From Mobula hypostoma (lineage: Eukaryota): 64,000 nt of DNA. The position numbers and the translations under genes are program-made. The notes beneath the pieces were generated by a model. That model was not told the origin of the DNA. It made no database searches and saw only the letters and a program-made list of their open reading frames with translations. The stretch covers positions 165,976,001-166,040,000 of the forward strand of contig NC_086097.1 in assembly GCF_963921235.1 (NCBI RefSeq), in the 5' to 3' direction. Position 1 is the stretch's first letter. The number at the start of each line of letters is the position of its first letter. Below are positions 25,232 to 39,600 of the stretch, in pieces.

Positions 25232-25849
25232 GTGATTGATAAGTTTGTGGCCTAAGGTAGAAGGAGTCAATTTTAGAAAACCTAGCACATTTATTTTTCA
25301 ACATAGTCCCCTCCTACATGTACACACTTAGTCCAGCGGTTGTGAAGCATATGGATCCCTTCTTTGTAGAAGTGGTCCACAGCAGGGGTGATTGATACGT
25401 TCGTGGCCTAAGGTAGAAGGAGATGAGTTATTAACTTCAAACTTTCTGCATTATTACTCAAAGAGTTGAACTGCACGTGCATGTAACGAGAGCGTCTTGG
25501 ACCTCCAGGTGGTCCACAGCAGGGGTGATTTATAAGTTCGTGGCTTAAGGTAGAAGGTGATGAGTTATACAGCTCTTGTTACATGCACGTGCAGTTCAAC
25601 TCTTTGAGTGAAAATGCAGAAATTTTGAAGTTTCTCCTTATCTCCTTCTACTTTAGGCCACAAACTTATCAATCATCCCTGCTGTGGACCACTTCTGGAG
25701 GTCCAAGACACCGACTTCTACAAAGAAAGGATCTGTATGCTCCACAACTGCTGGACTAAATGTGTAAATGTAGGAAAAATAAATGTGCTAGGTTTTCTAA
25801 AACGGACTCCTTCTACCTTAGGCCACAAACTTATCAATCATCCCTCATA
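25232..25849. mobile_element. Mariner-derived palindromic non-autonomous element with five TIR copies
   Basis: TIR-like unit (aggg)gtgattgataagttYgtggcctaaggtagaaggag occurs three times forward and twice reversed. Minus strand 25371-25291 reads FYKEGIHMLHNRWTKCVHVGGDYVEK*, a mariner transposase C-terminus. The right end finishes in TA. Confidence 0.85.
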
Positions 25850-25899
25850 GCTATAAAAAGCTGTGGAATATCCTGAGACCACAAAAAAGCTACACTTCA

Positions 25900-26415
25900 G
25901 GTATAAGCTGGAACACCACATATCAGTTCTCACTGATGGGTTAGAAATGGGGAGCGGTAGCTGCTTCAAATCCCAGGGAGTTAGCATCCCAAGCGACCTG
26001 ACCTGGGTCTGGAACATCCATGCAATCATGAAGAAGGCATGCTATTGTCTCTGTTTACTGAGAACCTTCAGGAGAATTGGCATGTTATCAAATTCTCTAA
26101 TAGATTCTGCAGATGAACTGCTGAAACTATCCTGACTGGTTGCAACATGGCCTGGTATGGCAATTTCAATACATAGGAACCCGGGAGGCTGCAGAAAGTA
26201 GTGGACTCAACCCATTCCATTACAGGCATAGCCCTCTTCACCACTGAAAACAACCACAGCAGGCAATGCCCTCAAGAAGGTGGCATCTATCACCAAGGAA
26301 TCCTAGTCCCAGTGTTGCTGCTACCATCAGGCAGGAAGTACAGAACTCTGAAACCTCACAGCACTAGGTTCAGGAACAGCTACTTTTCTATCACCACCTG
26401 GTTCTTGAACTGACC
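25900..26415 (+). mobile_element. Degenerate Rex1/Babar-like LINE 3' fragment
   Basis: Translations ...DLTWVWNIHAIMKKA...LLRTFRRIGM and LLPSGRKYR...TRFRNSYF match the C-terminus of the longer Rex1-type copies. Confidence 0.7.
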
Positions 26416-26980
26416 TGCATAACCCTGGCCTACCTTAGAAATAGAATCCTACGAACTGCCTCTTACACTAACATGGACTGTCTCTGATTGTGTCGTTTTG
26501 CACTAAGGTCTTGGTTTTCAGTTTTTTTCCTTCACTATCATAAAGGACGCTCGTCACCCAGGACATGCTCCCTTCTTAATGCTACCATCAGGGAGGAGGT
26601 ACTGCAGCCTGAAGACACGCTCTCAACATTTTAGGAACAGCTTCTTCCCCTCTGCCATCAGATTTATGAATCAACAATGAACCAACCTATGACACTACCT
26701 CACCACTTTTGCACCCTTTTTGCACTATTTAATTTAATTTAATTTTTAAAATATGTATATTTCTTAGTGTAATTTATAGTACTTTTTACGTATTGCATTG
26801 TTCTGCTGCTGCAAAGCAACACATTTCACAATATATGCCAGTGATGTTAAACCTGACGGATTCTGGTTCATTTATAATTTATGTTCTGTGTGCTGTCTGA
26901 ATCTAAGTGCCTGTGTTACCACGGCAAACAAGCTTTTCATTGTCTCTGTGTCTCATCGTACTTTTGCACACATGACAATG

Positions 26981-27509
26981 TATGCTCAGCAGCCACTTTA
27001 TTAGGCACAAGTGTACAACTGCTTGTTAATGCAAATATCTAATCAGCCAATTATGTGGCAGCAACTCAATGCATTAACGCATTCAGACATGGTCAAGGGG
27101 TTCAGTTGTTGTTGGACCAAACATCAGAATGGGGAAGAAATATGATCTAAGTGACTTTGACCATGAAATGTTTGTTGGTGCAACAGGGGGTGGCTTTGGT
27201 ATCTTAGAAACTCCTGATCTCCAGGGATTTTCATGCATACCAGTCACTAGAGTTTACAGGGAATGGTGAAAGAAACGAAAATAATCTAGTGAGCTGTAAT
27301 TCTGCGAGCAAAACTACCCTGTAGATAAGAGAGGTCAGAGGAGAATGGCCGGACTGGTTCAAGCTGACAGGAAGAAGACAGTAACTCAATTAACCATGTG
27401 TTACAACAGTGGTGTGCAGAAGAGCCTCTCTGAATGCATGACCTTCACGCGGATGGCCTACAGCAGCAGAGGACCACGGATACTCCTAATAAAGTGGCTA
27501 CTGTGCGTA
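26981..27509 (+). mobile_element. Internally deleted Tc1-like DNA transposon
   Basis: Imperfect TIRs ctcagcagccactttattagg / cctaataaagtggctactgtg bounded by TA. From 27129 it reads MGKKYDLSDFDHEMFVGA...ETPDLQGFSCIPVTRVYREW, a Tc1 N-terminal HTH region. Confidence 0.85.
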
Positions 27510-29479
27510 CTGACCCTGAGCTGACTATTTAACAGCCAGTTACTCATATCGGTATTGTCCGGGGCGACAGCACTGGACTGCGAGGCGAGTGGCCCTGGGT
27601 TCAAATTTGCATGCTTTCCATTCATGCTGGGTTGAGCATTGAGCTAGCAACTTGGCCTCATAAAAACAAACAGACAATATGCTAAAGAAACAACAAGGTG
27701 CACCAGAAAGTGTAGAGAGGTGAACAAAATGTATTTTATATCAATAAATGTTTTAACATATTCTAATAGAAGAGATAGGCACACAAGGTGAAAGGTGGAA
27801 ATTCTATTAATCCTGCTTTATCCATCCTGGATGCAATTACTCAAATGAATTCTACTCAAATTGAGAGTGGAGCAACCTTTGAATACTCTTTAGCCATGTT
27901 CTCAGTTTTACTTGCACAATTTGTCTTTTGCACATTGATTGTTTGTTAGTCTTTGTTTATAAATAACTTTTCTTAAATTCTATAGTATTTCTTTATTTTC
28001 CTGTAAATAACTTCAAGAAAATGAATCTCAAGGTATTGTATGGTAAAAAGCATGCACGGATAATAAATTTACTTTGCCTTTGACTTTGAACTACCTGCCC
28101 CCATAATATTGCTGTCATTAAAAAAAAACACTTGCATCAGTTTTATAAACATCACTCTCCAAAATTACAGCTTTTGTTTAATTCGCTTTTCCAAACAGAC
28201 ACTACTTTCCTCATCAGTCACATCAAGGGCTACCTCCGAGATATGATGCAAACTTTAGAATAGGAGGTTGAAGAAAGCTACAGGAAGGCGAGCCGCTGCT
28301 TCAGATCCCCCGCTGACCTGGGTTCGGCCCTAACCCCTGGTGCTGTCAGTCTGGAGTTTGTATCTTCTCCCTGGGGCTGCATGGCCTTGCCCTGGGTGCT
28401 GCTGTTTCATCCCACATCCGAAAAGCATGAAGGCTGATGGGTTAATTGGTCAGTGTAAATTGCTGCTAGTTGGAATGAGTGATCGAATCTGGGAGGCTGG
28501 GCATTATTGGGATATAGGAGAATAAAAAGGGACAGCATTGAATAACAGTGTACAGGTTCAAGTTTTTTGTCATAGACATACAGTACATACACAGGGTATA
28601 AATGTGATGTTAATGAGCTTCTTGCTGCAACAGCAGAGTACAACCGTAAGTTAACATAAACTTAATTTAACAGTAATTATACTTAATTTAGAATTAGTGT
28701 ATTGGGTTCTGGATGGTTGGCACAAGCTCAGTGGCTCACACAGCCTGTTTGCGTTCAGTATTTCTTGATGATTAGTCTGTGACTAATTGAAGTTCTTCTT
28801 TTTGATCATTTAACTGAAAAGGCCCGTTGGAGATACAGAGTAAAGAGAGAGGAGCTAACCGATTCTTATCAAAATAATGAGAAGGGTCAGGTAATTCATG
28901 CATGGGAATGGTAATCAGCTGAATTTCTTTCAGTAGAACAGTGAATTGACCAATTCAAGTTACCTTACTATTCATTTGTTGACATCTTTAAGTATCGAGG
29001 ACATTTGACATCAAATGAAGACTCCAGGCAACGCTTGCAAGTTGGAACGAACAATCTGAAAAAGATGGACATGTTGTTAATGTATGAACGAAAATGACAC
29101 ATTCATATTTTAGGCATGTTCCCAGTATCTTCTCATTCCATTTCAGATTTCAAGGACTTACTATGTTCTATTTATTTGAGATAAATAGGACTTCCTCACA
29201 GAACTAAGGAAGGAATTGTCTACAATTTACAATCTTTTAACACTTAAACTGTATTAATAGTAATTATTCTGATTTTTTTTTCTGCTTGAATGATTTCACT
29301 GTAAATGACTGCTGGTTAAGGCTTTTCTTTTTGTGCATCACAGTGATACAACTAGTGGAGATGTTGCTTCAGTGCCTCAGTGCTACAGAACTGGTGTTAG
29401 TCCTGACCTGTGCCCTGTTGGTATGGAATTTGCTAACAGTACTATTGGACAGGAGGTACAGAAGTCTGAAGTCTGACTG

Positions 29480-30030
29480 AGGTCGATCAGTCATCAATTT
29501 AGAGTGCTCATATGGTGATCCCATCACCAAAGAAAGTCAGAAGAAGGATGTCACATTAAGGTGATGTCCTCTACTCTCCCACCTCCACTGCTCAACACAT
29601 TAATCAAAACCCACAATGATGGCCTGGAAAATACCGGTCACTTTCTCTATCCTGAGAGCCATTCCTCAGCTGGGTAGACGTAGACAATGAAAGCCATTAC
29701 TACATCCAGTGCACTAATATAACCTTTAGACAACCAAGAGAAAGAATTTCAAAGACGAGGAGCTCAGATTTCACACTATGTTCCTAGTGTACTAAGGAGC
29801 AACGACCCCTCTACAGTCGATACCAAGGCAATGGAGGAGAGGCCATGCAAATCCTCCCTATCTTTCGGCAGGATAGGCAAATGTGTCCACACGTTTCAGG
29901 CCAACATCCCAGCATTGAAACTTGATCACACTGAAATACTTCCAATAAGCAGGCTACATCATTAGTAGAATCAGGAACCAGATGCGCTAATCAGGAGCTT
30001 GATTCATTACTCATTGTTTCGTACTTCATA
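29480..30030 (+). mobile_element. Highly degenerate RTE-like LINE fragment
   Basis: Residual resemblance to the RTE RT C-terminal region; no open frame. Confidence 0.4.
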
Positions 30031-33000
30031 CTGTCCCTATGACAAATTATAAGGTTTTTCAGCCCATTGAGCCTATGCCAGATCTCAGAGCCATCCCATC
30101 AATTCTGGTCTCCCTCTTATTTCCCACCAACCCATTTTCTTCCACATGTCCAATTACTCCCTGTGATTGTCTAGCTACTCACTCACATATAATACCAATT
30201 AACCAATCAGCATGACTTTGGGATGAGGGAAGAAACCAGGTCAGTTGGAAGGCTCCCATATGGTCCCAAGGTAAATGTGAAAACTCCACGACACGTAGAT
30301 CTTCAGAGGTCATGGTAAGAGGTTTCCAGAAGGACAGAGAAAATGCTTTAAGGATTTCTCAAATCTTTTTGATTGAAATATAGCAAGGAATCCCTGGTCC
30401 ATCACTGCTCAGAACGGAGAAGGAAAATCCAGACCCGAAAACTTGAATTCAGAGCCCAAGAGCCAACAATGGAAATAGTGCACAGTGTCCTAAACACCTA
30501 CCCATCCCATTAAGCAGCACCTATTGTACCTAGATGAAACTTGGACCTACTGTGCCAGCTGCCAGTAGGGCAATCCCCACTCATGTTGTTGTAGCTCTGG
30601 AGCTTTGTCTCTCTCCCTCTCTCACACACACACATGCACGTGTGCATATACACATGGGTACATCTGCATGCACACGTACATATGTTCATCACCTCCCTTT
30701 GGATTTTTTTTGCCACAGCTACCTTGCAATAGTGACTTAACTTACCAGTGGCACTATGGGATGTGGAGGAGAACCTTAACACTCGGCTGGAACCACACCA
30801 TGACAGGGAGAATGAGCAAGCTCCACACAGATCAGTGCCTTGCCCCCTGAGGTTTGGATTAAACCCTTGTTCTTGAAGCTGTGAACCAGTAACACTAAAC
30901 CATTTGTACCACTGAACTGCCCACAGACTCAGAGCCCAAGAACAGGAGTGCAAGACCACCAACCCAAAGCACTACCGAAGAAAATTCCCCACAGGAAGTT
31001 TATGTGCTATTCTGTTCTGGCATTTCTTTAAATCTACCTTTGGGATGTGGACGTCATGGACAATGCCAGCATCTTTTCCCATTTCTAACTGCCCAGGAAC
31101 TGACTGGCTACAGAAACCATTTCAGAATGACAATGATGGCTATTTTCCTCTGGAGTGGTGGAGGCTGAGGTGAGCTCTGATAGAGGTTTGTAAAATTATG
31201 AAAGTAGACAGCTGATATCTTTTTCCCAGGGTAGAAATGTTTATTGCTAGAGGGCATGCATTTAAGGTGAGAGGGGGAAAATTCAAAGAAGATGTTTGGG
31301 CAAATTTTTTTTAAACACAGAGAATGGTAGGTGCCTGGAATACACTGCCAGGATTGGCAGATCCTTTTAGGGGACTCTTAGATAGGCTTCTGAATCTGCG
31401 GACAATGTTGTGGGTGGGGGGATATGGGTCATGCATGGGCAGAATGGATTAGATTAATTAGGCTCATAGCTTGATTAGTTTGACACAGCATCACGTGTTG
31501 AAAGGTCTGTTCCCATTCTACTTTCTATGCTCTATGCAATCACATTTGTACAGTACCTGGCCCATTAATTATGAAGGATTTCATAAAATTCCTTCTCTCA
31601 ATAGGTAATGAATCCTTTTTGGGTAGAGGCTATATTAATAGAAATATTTAAGGTGGAGGTGGATAAATAATTGAAAGACTGTTTTTTTGAGAGTTAGGAG
31701 GTACTGGGGTGGAGGCCTGAAGCAAAGCGACTATGTTCATATCGAACAGTGTAACAAGCTTGCTAGGCCTGGTGGCTTGTTGCTACTTTCTTGCGTCCTT
31801 GTGCGCCTTGTATTTCATCTTCAAGGGCATTAGTGAATTAAAATGATTATAGACAGTCCTATAATTTCTTGATCATCATCATCATCACTCACAGCTTTTT
31901 CATTCCAGAATTAAACACGCTTAAATTTCCTGATTGCTCTATTGAGATTTGAACTTCAGCCACTCAGTCCTAAAGCAGTGATATTACTATGCTACTGTAC
32001 CCCACAACCCGTCTTATCTCTCTGTAGGTATAACGAGTCGATTTGACACAGTGGCAGCTCCGAATATGGTTGCTTTTATCAACATGGCAAGGAATGGGTA
32101 GAAATGCTATTTTCATAAATTGGCAGGAAAACTAAGTTGTGGAATATGTTCGTAACTCTACAAAGAAAACTTATCACAGCACTGTTGTTTGACAAATTCT
32201 GTACTACAGCTGTAGAAGATCTGTGTATGGCAGATTTACAGTTGCTTGAAGGAAGAAATAGTTCTTGTCATGTTGTTTTCCCACCATCTAATAAATTTCA
32301 AGTCAGCATGAAGTAAGTGATTATTATTTTTATGTTCTGGGCCATATGAAACACCTCTGATGAAGATAATGCTGGAGTGTATGGAATGCAGTAAAAATAA
32401 ACTGTGTGAAAAAATTTGTACGTGCAGCAACAGTAAATTTTGTCTATGACTAAAATGACTTAATCTCTGTAAACCCAGGCTAGAGAAAGATATATGCAGA
32501 GTGTAGAGCAGAGCAGAAGACAGATTTATGTAATTCATGGGTAACTAAGAATATACTTAAGCTTCACTATAACACCTTTAACCTTCATCAGAGAGGATGG
32601 TGCAAAACAGGAGAAAAACGGACTTACTTCTTGTCTCAGTTTTTTATAAAGTAGATGGATAAAAATATTAACTTTTATCTAATGTGAATTCCACACATTT
32701 AAGTTAAATTGGTAAATTGGTTTAGTCTTGTCACATTCACTGAGGTACAGCAACAATCTTTGTTTTGCATGTCATCCATACTGATCATTTCATCATATTG
32801 GTGCATTGTGGTAGCACAGGGGAAAGACAAAACAGAATGCAGAATAAAGTGTTGCAGTTACAGAGAAAGTGCAGTGCAGGCAGACAATAGGTTCAAGGTT
32901 ATAATGAAGTAGATTGTGAGGTCAAGACCACATCTCATCATGCTAAAGGACGGTTCAATAGTCTTATAACAATGGGATAGAAGCTGTCCTTCAGCTCGGT

Positions 33001-35524
33001 GGTATATGCTTTCAGTTTTTGTATCTGCTGCTTGATGGGAGGGGGGAGAAAAGAGAATGTTTGGAGTAGGTGTTGTCTTTAACTAAACTAAGCTGGTTTT
33101 TTTTTTATCCAGGCACTATGAAATATAAACAGAATCTGTGGAGCGGATGCTAGTTTCTGTGATGTGCTAACTAACGTTCACAGCTCACTGCAGTTTCTTG
33201 TGGTCTGTTGATATAACTCTGATTTTTTTCAGTTTAAAGCAGTACATTTTGGACATCATAGTAACCAAAGAATAAGAAGATGGAACAGTGATGAAGTGAT
33301 AAGCAGCAATAATTCTCATTAAAATTTGAGCAGTCTCTAACGGCTGTAGGCCATACTTATTTCTATAGTTCTCATATATTCTTAGACTCTAGAAAGAATA
33401 TCTTTATGACATCATGAATAATTTAACTGTTGTGTTTATCTTTCATCAGACTGCTATGTATAATTGTAAGAATAGTTCAGTGGTAATCAAAAGCTCTGCT
33501 TCTATCTCCACAGGTACTGCCTAATCTGCTGACTATTTTAAGCATTCTCTGCTTTTATTCCTCATTAAAATATTATAACAAGAACATACAGCACAGTGGT
33601 TGTAAAGCAGAATGCAACGTCCTTTACATTTATGGGGATCTTATAATTCACTCCATTTACATTTTTCTCTCCTGAATTTCTCTGTAAGGATGTTAAATCT
33701 TTGCTTGGGTGGAGGAGGACTACCATGAGTGTTGTCTATTTGCTGTTTCCCACTGTCTTCATGGCCCTCAGAATAGTAAATTCTGGATCCCTATTTTCCA
33801 TTGAGAATCTCTCCATGGGCTCAGTCAGTCTTGTGTTTATGCAGATTGTGGAGTGGCATGCTGGAAATGTTGGTAACTAAGAAAGAATGGAATAGGGTTG
33901 ATAGAAACAGCAGACTTCCTGTCTCATTTAGCAACTTATCTAGGCTAATGGATACTGAGAAACAAATGATTTAGAATAAAGATCAAGGAAACTTTAGGCC
34001 AAATTTTGTCTCCTGTTAAAACTTTCCCCCCTGCACTCTTCTACTAACTTGGTATAGGAGAATGCTCCTATCTTCCTGATCCCAGAGTTAGAAGGTGAGG
34101 TGCAATGATGACTGGGGTTTAGCTGGTGCATTGGGGCTTTACCAAGGATGGCAATAGAAGCCAAATCAATGGGAGCATTCATGAGCTTGTAGAGCAAGTG
34201 GACAAGAAGATAGAAGGTAAAGGGTATGGATAAAAACATTTAGAACTATGGATAAAAGCAATTAGAACTGATAGTTTCTGTGAATGCTAACTAGCTTGAT
34301 TGGACTGACTAGGTTGCTTTTGTGCTTTTTTCATGTTCTGTTTACAAAGCCACATTCTATCTCAGGGACTGTCATCCTCAGCGTTCCTCTGTTCTTATAC
34401 CCTCTACCAAGGCTCCTAAATTTTACAGGAAACTATGGTGTCACTCACTTCCTGCATGATTGACCTCTTTCTGTCCTTTTTGAACTTTTCATATCAGTTA
34501 AAGCCTCAATATTATTTACCATACTGTGGCTTATCTCTTCAAATTATTCTCTTGATCCTCAGGGAATTTTGTGATGCTGTAAAAATACAAATTTATTTTT
34601 GATGTTTTGATGGCAGCTGTGAAGCTTGTGCCCTAACCCTTCCTCACTCCACTCCTCTCTTAGTGTACCATAGACAGAAATGGGCCCTTTAGCCCATTTA
34701 GACCATGTTAACATGATCTTCTACCTTCTCCCATCTACCTGCACCCGGACCATAGCCTTCCATACCTCTCTCATACACGTACCTATCCAAACTTGTCTTA
34801 AATATTACAATTGAATCCGCATCTATCACTTCTGCAGGTAGCTCATTCCACACCCACACCAACCTCTGAGTGAAGAACTCCCCCTCAGATTCCTCTTAAG
34901 TATTTCACCCTAAACTCATGACATCTAGTTTTAGTCTAACCTGACCTGAGAGAAAAAGCCTGCATGCATTCATCTTATCTATGCTGTATATCTGATTATT
35001 TTGTACACGTCCCTAATTCTCATTCTCCTGTGCTTCAGGGAATAAAAGTCTTAACCTATTCAACATTTTCCTGTAATTCAGTTCCTCATGTCCTGGCAGC
35101 ATCTTAGTAAATATTCTCTGCACTCTTTCAAGCTTATTGATAGCTTCTTTGAATTCACTTCTGGTAACTTATCTCTTTGACCAAACCCTTGGTCATCTGC
35201 TCTAATACCTTTATATGATTAGGTGTCAGATTTTGACTGGTAATTTTTCTGTGAGGTACCCCATGAAGCACTTCTGTTTAAGGGAGCTATTTAAATGAAA
35301 GATGATGCTGTTATTGTATGACCAGTGTACAAGAGAGCTTATTCTTCGTAACCACTGTTGTCAACTCTTGCTTTGTACTAATGCAAAGCACTTCAGAAGA
35401 ATCAGAATCAGGTTTATTATCATCGACATGTCATGAAATTTGTTGTTTTGTGGAAATAATTCAGTACAGGACAAAAATTACTATTAAGGTATAAAATTGT
35501 ATGAATAAATAGTCCAAAAGAGGT

Positions 35525-37150
35525 AAGACCATAAGACCATAAGACAAAGGAGCAGAAGTCAGCCATTCGGCCCATCGAGTCTGCTCTGCTATTTAATCAT
35601 GAGCTGATCCATTCTCCCACTTAGTCCCACTCCCCTGCCTTCTCACCATAACCTTTGATGCCCTGGCTACTCAGATACCTATCAATCTCTGCCTTAAATA
35701 CACCCAATGACTTGGCCTCCACTGCTGCCCGTAGTAACAAATTCCATAGATTCACCACCATCTGGCTAAAAAAATTTCTCCGCATCTCTGTTCTGAATGG
35801 GCGCCCTTCAATCCTCAAGTCAGCCCTCTCGTACTAGACCCCCCCATCATGGGAAACAACTTTGCCACATCCACTCTGTCCATGACTTTCAACATTCAGA
35901 ATGTTTCTATGAGGTCCCCCCTCATTCTTCTAAATTCCAAGGAATACAGTCCAAGAGTGGACAAACGTTCCTTATATGTTAACCCTCTCATTCCCAGAAT
36001 CATTCTAGTGAATCTTCTCTGTACCCTCTCCAACGTCAGCACATTCTTTCTTAAATAAGGAGACCAAAACTGCCCACAGTACTCCAAGTGAGGTCTCACC
36101 AGCACCTTATAGAGCCTCAACATCACATCCCTGCTCCTATACTCTATTCCTCTAGAAATGAATGCCAACATTGCATTCACCTTCTTCACCATCGACTCAA
36201 CCTGGAGGTTAACCTTAAGGGTATCCTGTACGAGGACTCCCAAGTCCCGTTGCATCTCAGAACTTCGAATTCTCTCCCCATTTAAATAATAGTCTGCCCA
36301 TTTATTTCTTCTGCCAAAGTGCATAACCATACACTATCCAACATCGTATTTCATTTGCCACTTCTTTGCCCATTCTTTCAATCTATCCAAGTCTCTCTGC
36401 AGACTTTGTTTCCTCAGCACTACCGGCCCCTCCACCTATCTTCGTATCATCAGCAAACTTAGCCACAAAGCCATCTATTTCATAATCCAAATCGTTGATG
36501 TACAACGTAAAAAGAAGCGGCCCCAACACGGACCCCTGTGGAAAACCACTGGTAACCGGCAGCCAACCAGAATAGGATCCCTTTATTCCCACTCTCTGTT
36601 TCCTGCCAATCAGCCAACGCTCTATCCACGTATGTAACTTTCCTGTAATTCCATGGGCTCTTATCTTGTTAAGTAGCCTCATGTGTGGCACCTTGTCAAA
36701 GGCCTTCTGAAAATCAAAATATACAACATCCACTGCATCTCCCTTGTCTAGTCTACTGGTAATTTCCTCAAAAAATTGTAATAGGTTTGTCAGGCAGTAT
36801 TTTCCTTTAAGGAAACCATACTGAGTTCTGCCTATCTTGTCATATGCCTCCAGGTACTCATCCTTGACAATTGACTCCAACAACTTCCCAACCACCGATG
36901 TCAAGCTAACAGGTCTATAATTTCCTTTTTGCTTCCTTGCCCCCTTCTTAAATAGCAGAGTGACATTTGCAATCTTCTAATCCTTCGGAACCATGCCAGA
37001 ATCTATCGACTTTTGAAAGATCATCGCTAATGCCTCCGCAATCTCCACAGCTACTTCCTTCAGAACACGAGGGTGCATTCTATCTGGTCTGGGAGATTTA
37101 TCTACCTTTAGACTATTCAGCTTCCTGAGTCCTTTCTCTGTCGTAATTGT
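35525..37150 (-). mobile_element. CR1 LINE, 5'-truncated RT region
   Basis: ORFs with DFQKAFDKVPH, PQGSVLGP, KFADDTK, RPHLEYC and RVQRRFTRMI, ending in a (TCTTATGG)n tail at ~35525-35545. Confidence 0.92.
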
Positions 37151-38579
37151 AGGAACAATGGGTTCATGAACAATTCTGAAATCTGATGGTAGAGGATAGA
37201 AACTGTTCCTAAAACATAGACTGCAGCTCTTCAGGCTGCTGTAACTCCTCCTTGATGGTAGTATTAAGAAGAGGGCTTGACCCAGTGGTGAAGGTCCTTT
37301 ATGATCGAGGATTCCTTCTTGAGGTACTGTTGGAGATGCACCTGAATTTCAACATAGACCTAAAGTTATATAAAGGTATTTTACAAATACAGCATAACAA
37401 TTTATTAGCTCCAGACATATAAGCTACATTACATTACATGCTAATACAAAATTTTAATGCTTGAAGTAGCATGGAAGAAGATACTATCATGACTTTTAAG
37501 AAATATCTGCACACAACCTTGAACAAGAGACAGGAGTTGTAGATAATACTTTCCACTGCTGCTGTTGTGTTATAGATGTTTAGATGGACACGCTAGGGGG
37601 AGCTGTGCACAGAATGTCTGCTTCTTGACTGCTGTACACTATGAAAATAAACTCACAATTTGACAGATGGACAATGAAAATTTGAGTACCTTCATTTATG
37701 CCATGCACAGTTATGTGGCAGTTTTGTAGAATATGTATTTATCTCCTTAAGGGTGCATAATTTAGGAAAGCATTTGAACAAATTCTTTTCAGGAGCAGTC
37801 AGTTTAAAAAAATAATTCCTAGCAGCCATGTTATATACTGCGGAAGTATTGCCGAGGCAGATCTGGTACTGTGGTAGTAAATAGCATGAAAGTTACAGCT
37901 GATGCATAACAAACTATTTCATGCTAATGTAAAATTTTAATGTTTGAAGTAGTGGTGGAAGAAGATACTATCATGACATTTAATAAATATCCAAACACAT
38001 TCTTGAATTGTTAAGGTGTAGAATCTACAGATCTAAAGTGGTAAAAGGGATTCATGTAGATGTGTACTGCAGGTGTCTGGACGTGGCAGAAGTGGATATT
38101 TTCCTGCTATACAACTCCATAACTCTATACATTCAGCAGAATGTGACTCAGTCAAAGTGAATGACGACTGAATGAAAATATTGTTCAACATTCTCATCAT
38201 TCAGCTCCGCTGCCAGGGCAACAGAAGGTAACTTCTAGTGACAAAAGTTCATTAATGAAATTTGTTCTAGTATTGGCTGGATTGGAGCATTGTACCTATG
38301 GGAAGGATTGGATAGGCTGGGCTAATTTTCCCAGGAGAAGAGAGGCTGAGAGGTGAGCTGAGAGAAGTATGTAAAATTATGAGAGGCACTGGTAGGGTAG
38401 ATGGTTCAAATCATTTTTCATGTATCAAAAACAATAGGGCACAATTTTAAGGTAGAGGAAGGAGTTTTAAAGGGAATCTGAGGAGAAAGAATTTTACATG
38501 GAGAGCGGTTGATATCTAGACCAGGTGCTGGAATCAGATAAAAACACTATGTTGCAGAGGCATTTAGACAGACAGGCTA

Positions 38580-39600
38580 CATCCGGCTTCTGTTTATTAA
38601 TTACAGTTCAGCTTTCAACACCATCATCCTTCAATACTTCAACAAGCTTCAGAACCTCGGCCTTTGTACCACCCTTTGCAACTGGATCTTTGACTTCCTC
38701 ATCGGGAGACCACAGTCAGTGCAGATCAGAAATAACCTCGCTGACAGTCAACACGATGTGTGCTTAGCCCACTGCTCTACCCTCTCTACACTCATGACTG
38801 TGTGGCTAGGCACAGCTCAAACACCATCCATAAATTCACCAATGAATTTATGGAAGCAACTGTTGTCGGTAGAATCTTGAATAGCTACAAGGAGGCATAC
38901 AGGTATAAGATAGATCAGCTGGTTGAATGGCTTCATAACAACAACCTTGTACACAACATAAGCAAGACCAAGAAATTGACTGTGGGCTTCAGAAAGGGCT
39001 AATCGGGAGATAACCCAACAGTTCTCATCAAGGAGTCAGCGGCGAAAAGGGGTGAGCAGCTTTGGGTTCCTGGCTGTCCACATGTCTGAAGATCTATTCT
39101 GAACTCAGCATACTGAGGCGATTACAAAAGAAGCCACACCAGCAGCTACTTTTCACCTGGAGTTTGTGGATGTCACCTAATATTCTAACAAATTTCTACA
39201 GGTGTAGAGCGAAGAGCATTCTGATTGGTTGTATCACTTAGGAGTGAATACACAGGATTGGGAAAAGCTGCAGAAAGTTGTAAACTCAGCTAGCTTCTTC
39301 ATGGACACTAGATTCCCACCATCGAGGACATCTTCAAAAGGCGATGACTCAAGGAGATAGCATCCATCATGAAGGACCCTCACCATACACAACATGCCAA
39401 CTTCTCATTTCTATTATCAATGGGAGGTACAGGAGCCCGAAGATGCGCACTCATGACTGTTTTTTATAAACAGCTTCTTCTTCTTGTTTAGTTATTCTCT
39501 GTAACTCATAGTAACTTTTATATCTTGCTTTGTACTGCTGCCGCAAAACAATAAGTTTCACGACATACTGTACGTCAGTGACAATAAACCTGATTCTGAT
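38580..39600 (+). mobile_element. Degenerate Rex1/Babar-like LINE 3' half
   Basis: [25 protein letters not shown] and NISKTKK motifs; ends AATAAACCTGATTCTGAT. Confidence 0.75.

Noticed and set aside
25232..25849. Recurrent ~38-bp repeats with spacers resembling a CRISPR array
   Set aside because: Repeats occur in both orientations, the spacers are themselves inverted copies, a mariner peptide is present, the context is vertebrate and there are no cas genes.
27545..27665. tRNA-like sequence with B box GGGTTCAAAT
   Set aside because: I could not fold a full cloverleaf and it continues into a SINE-type body; treated as a tRNA-derived SINE head, not a tRNA gene.
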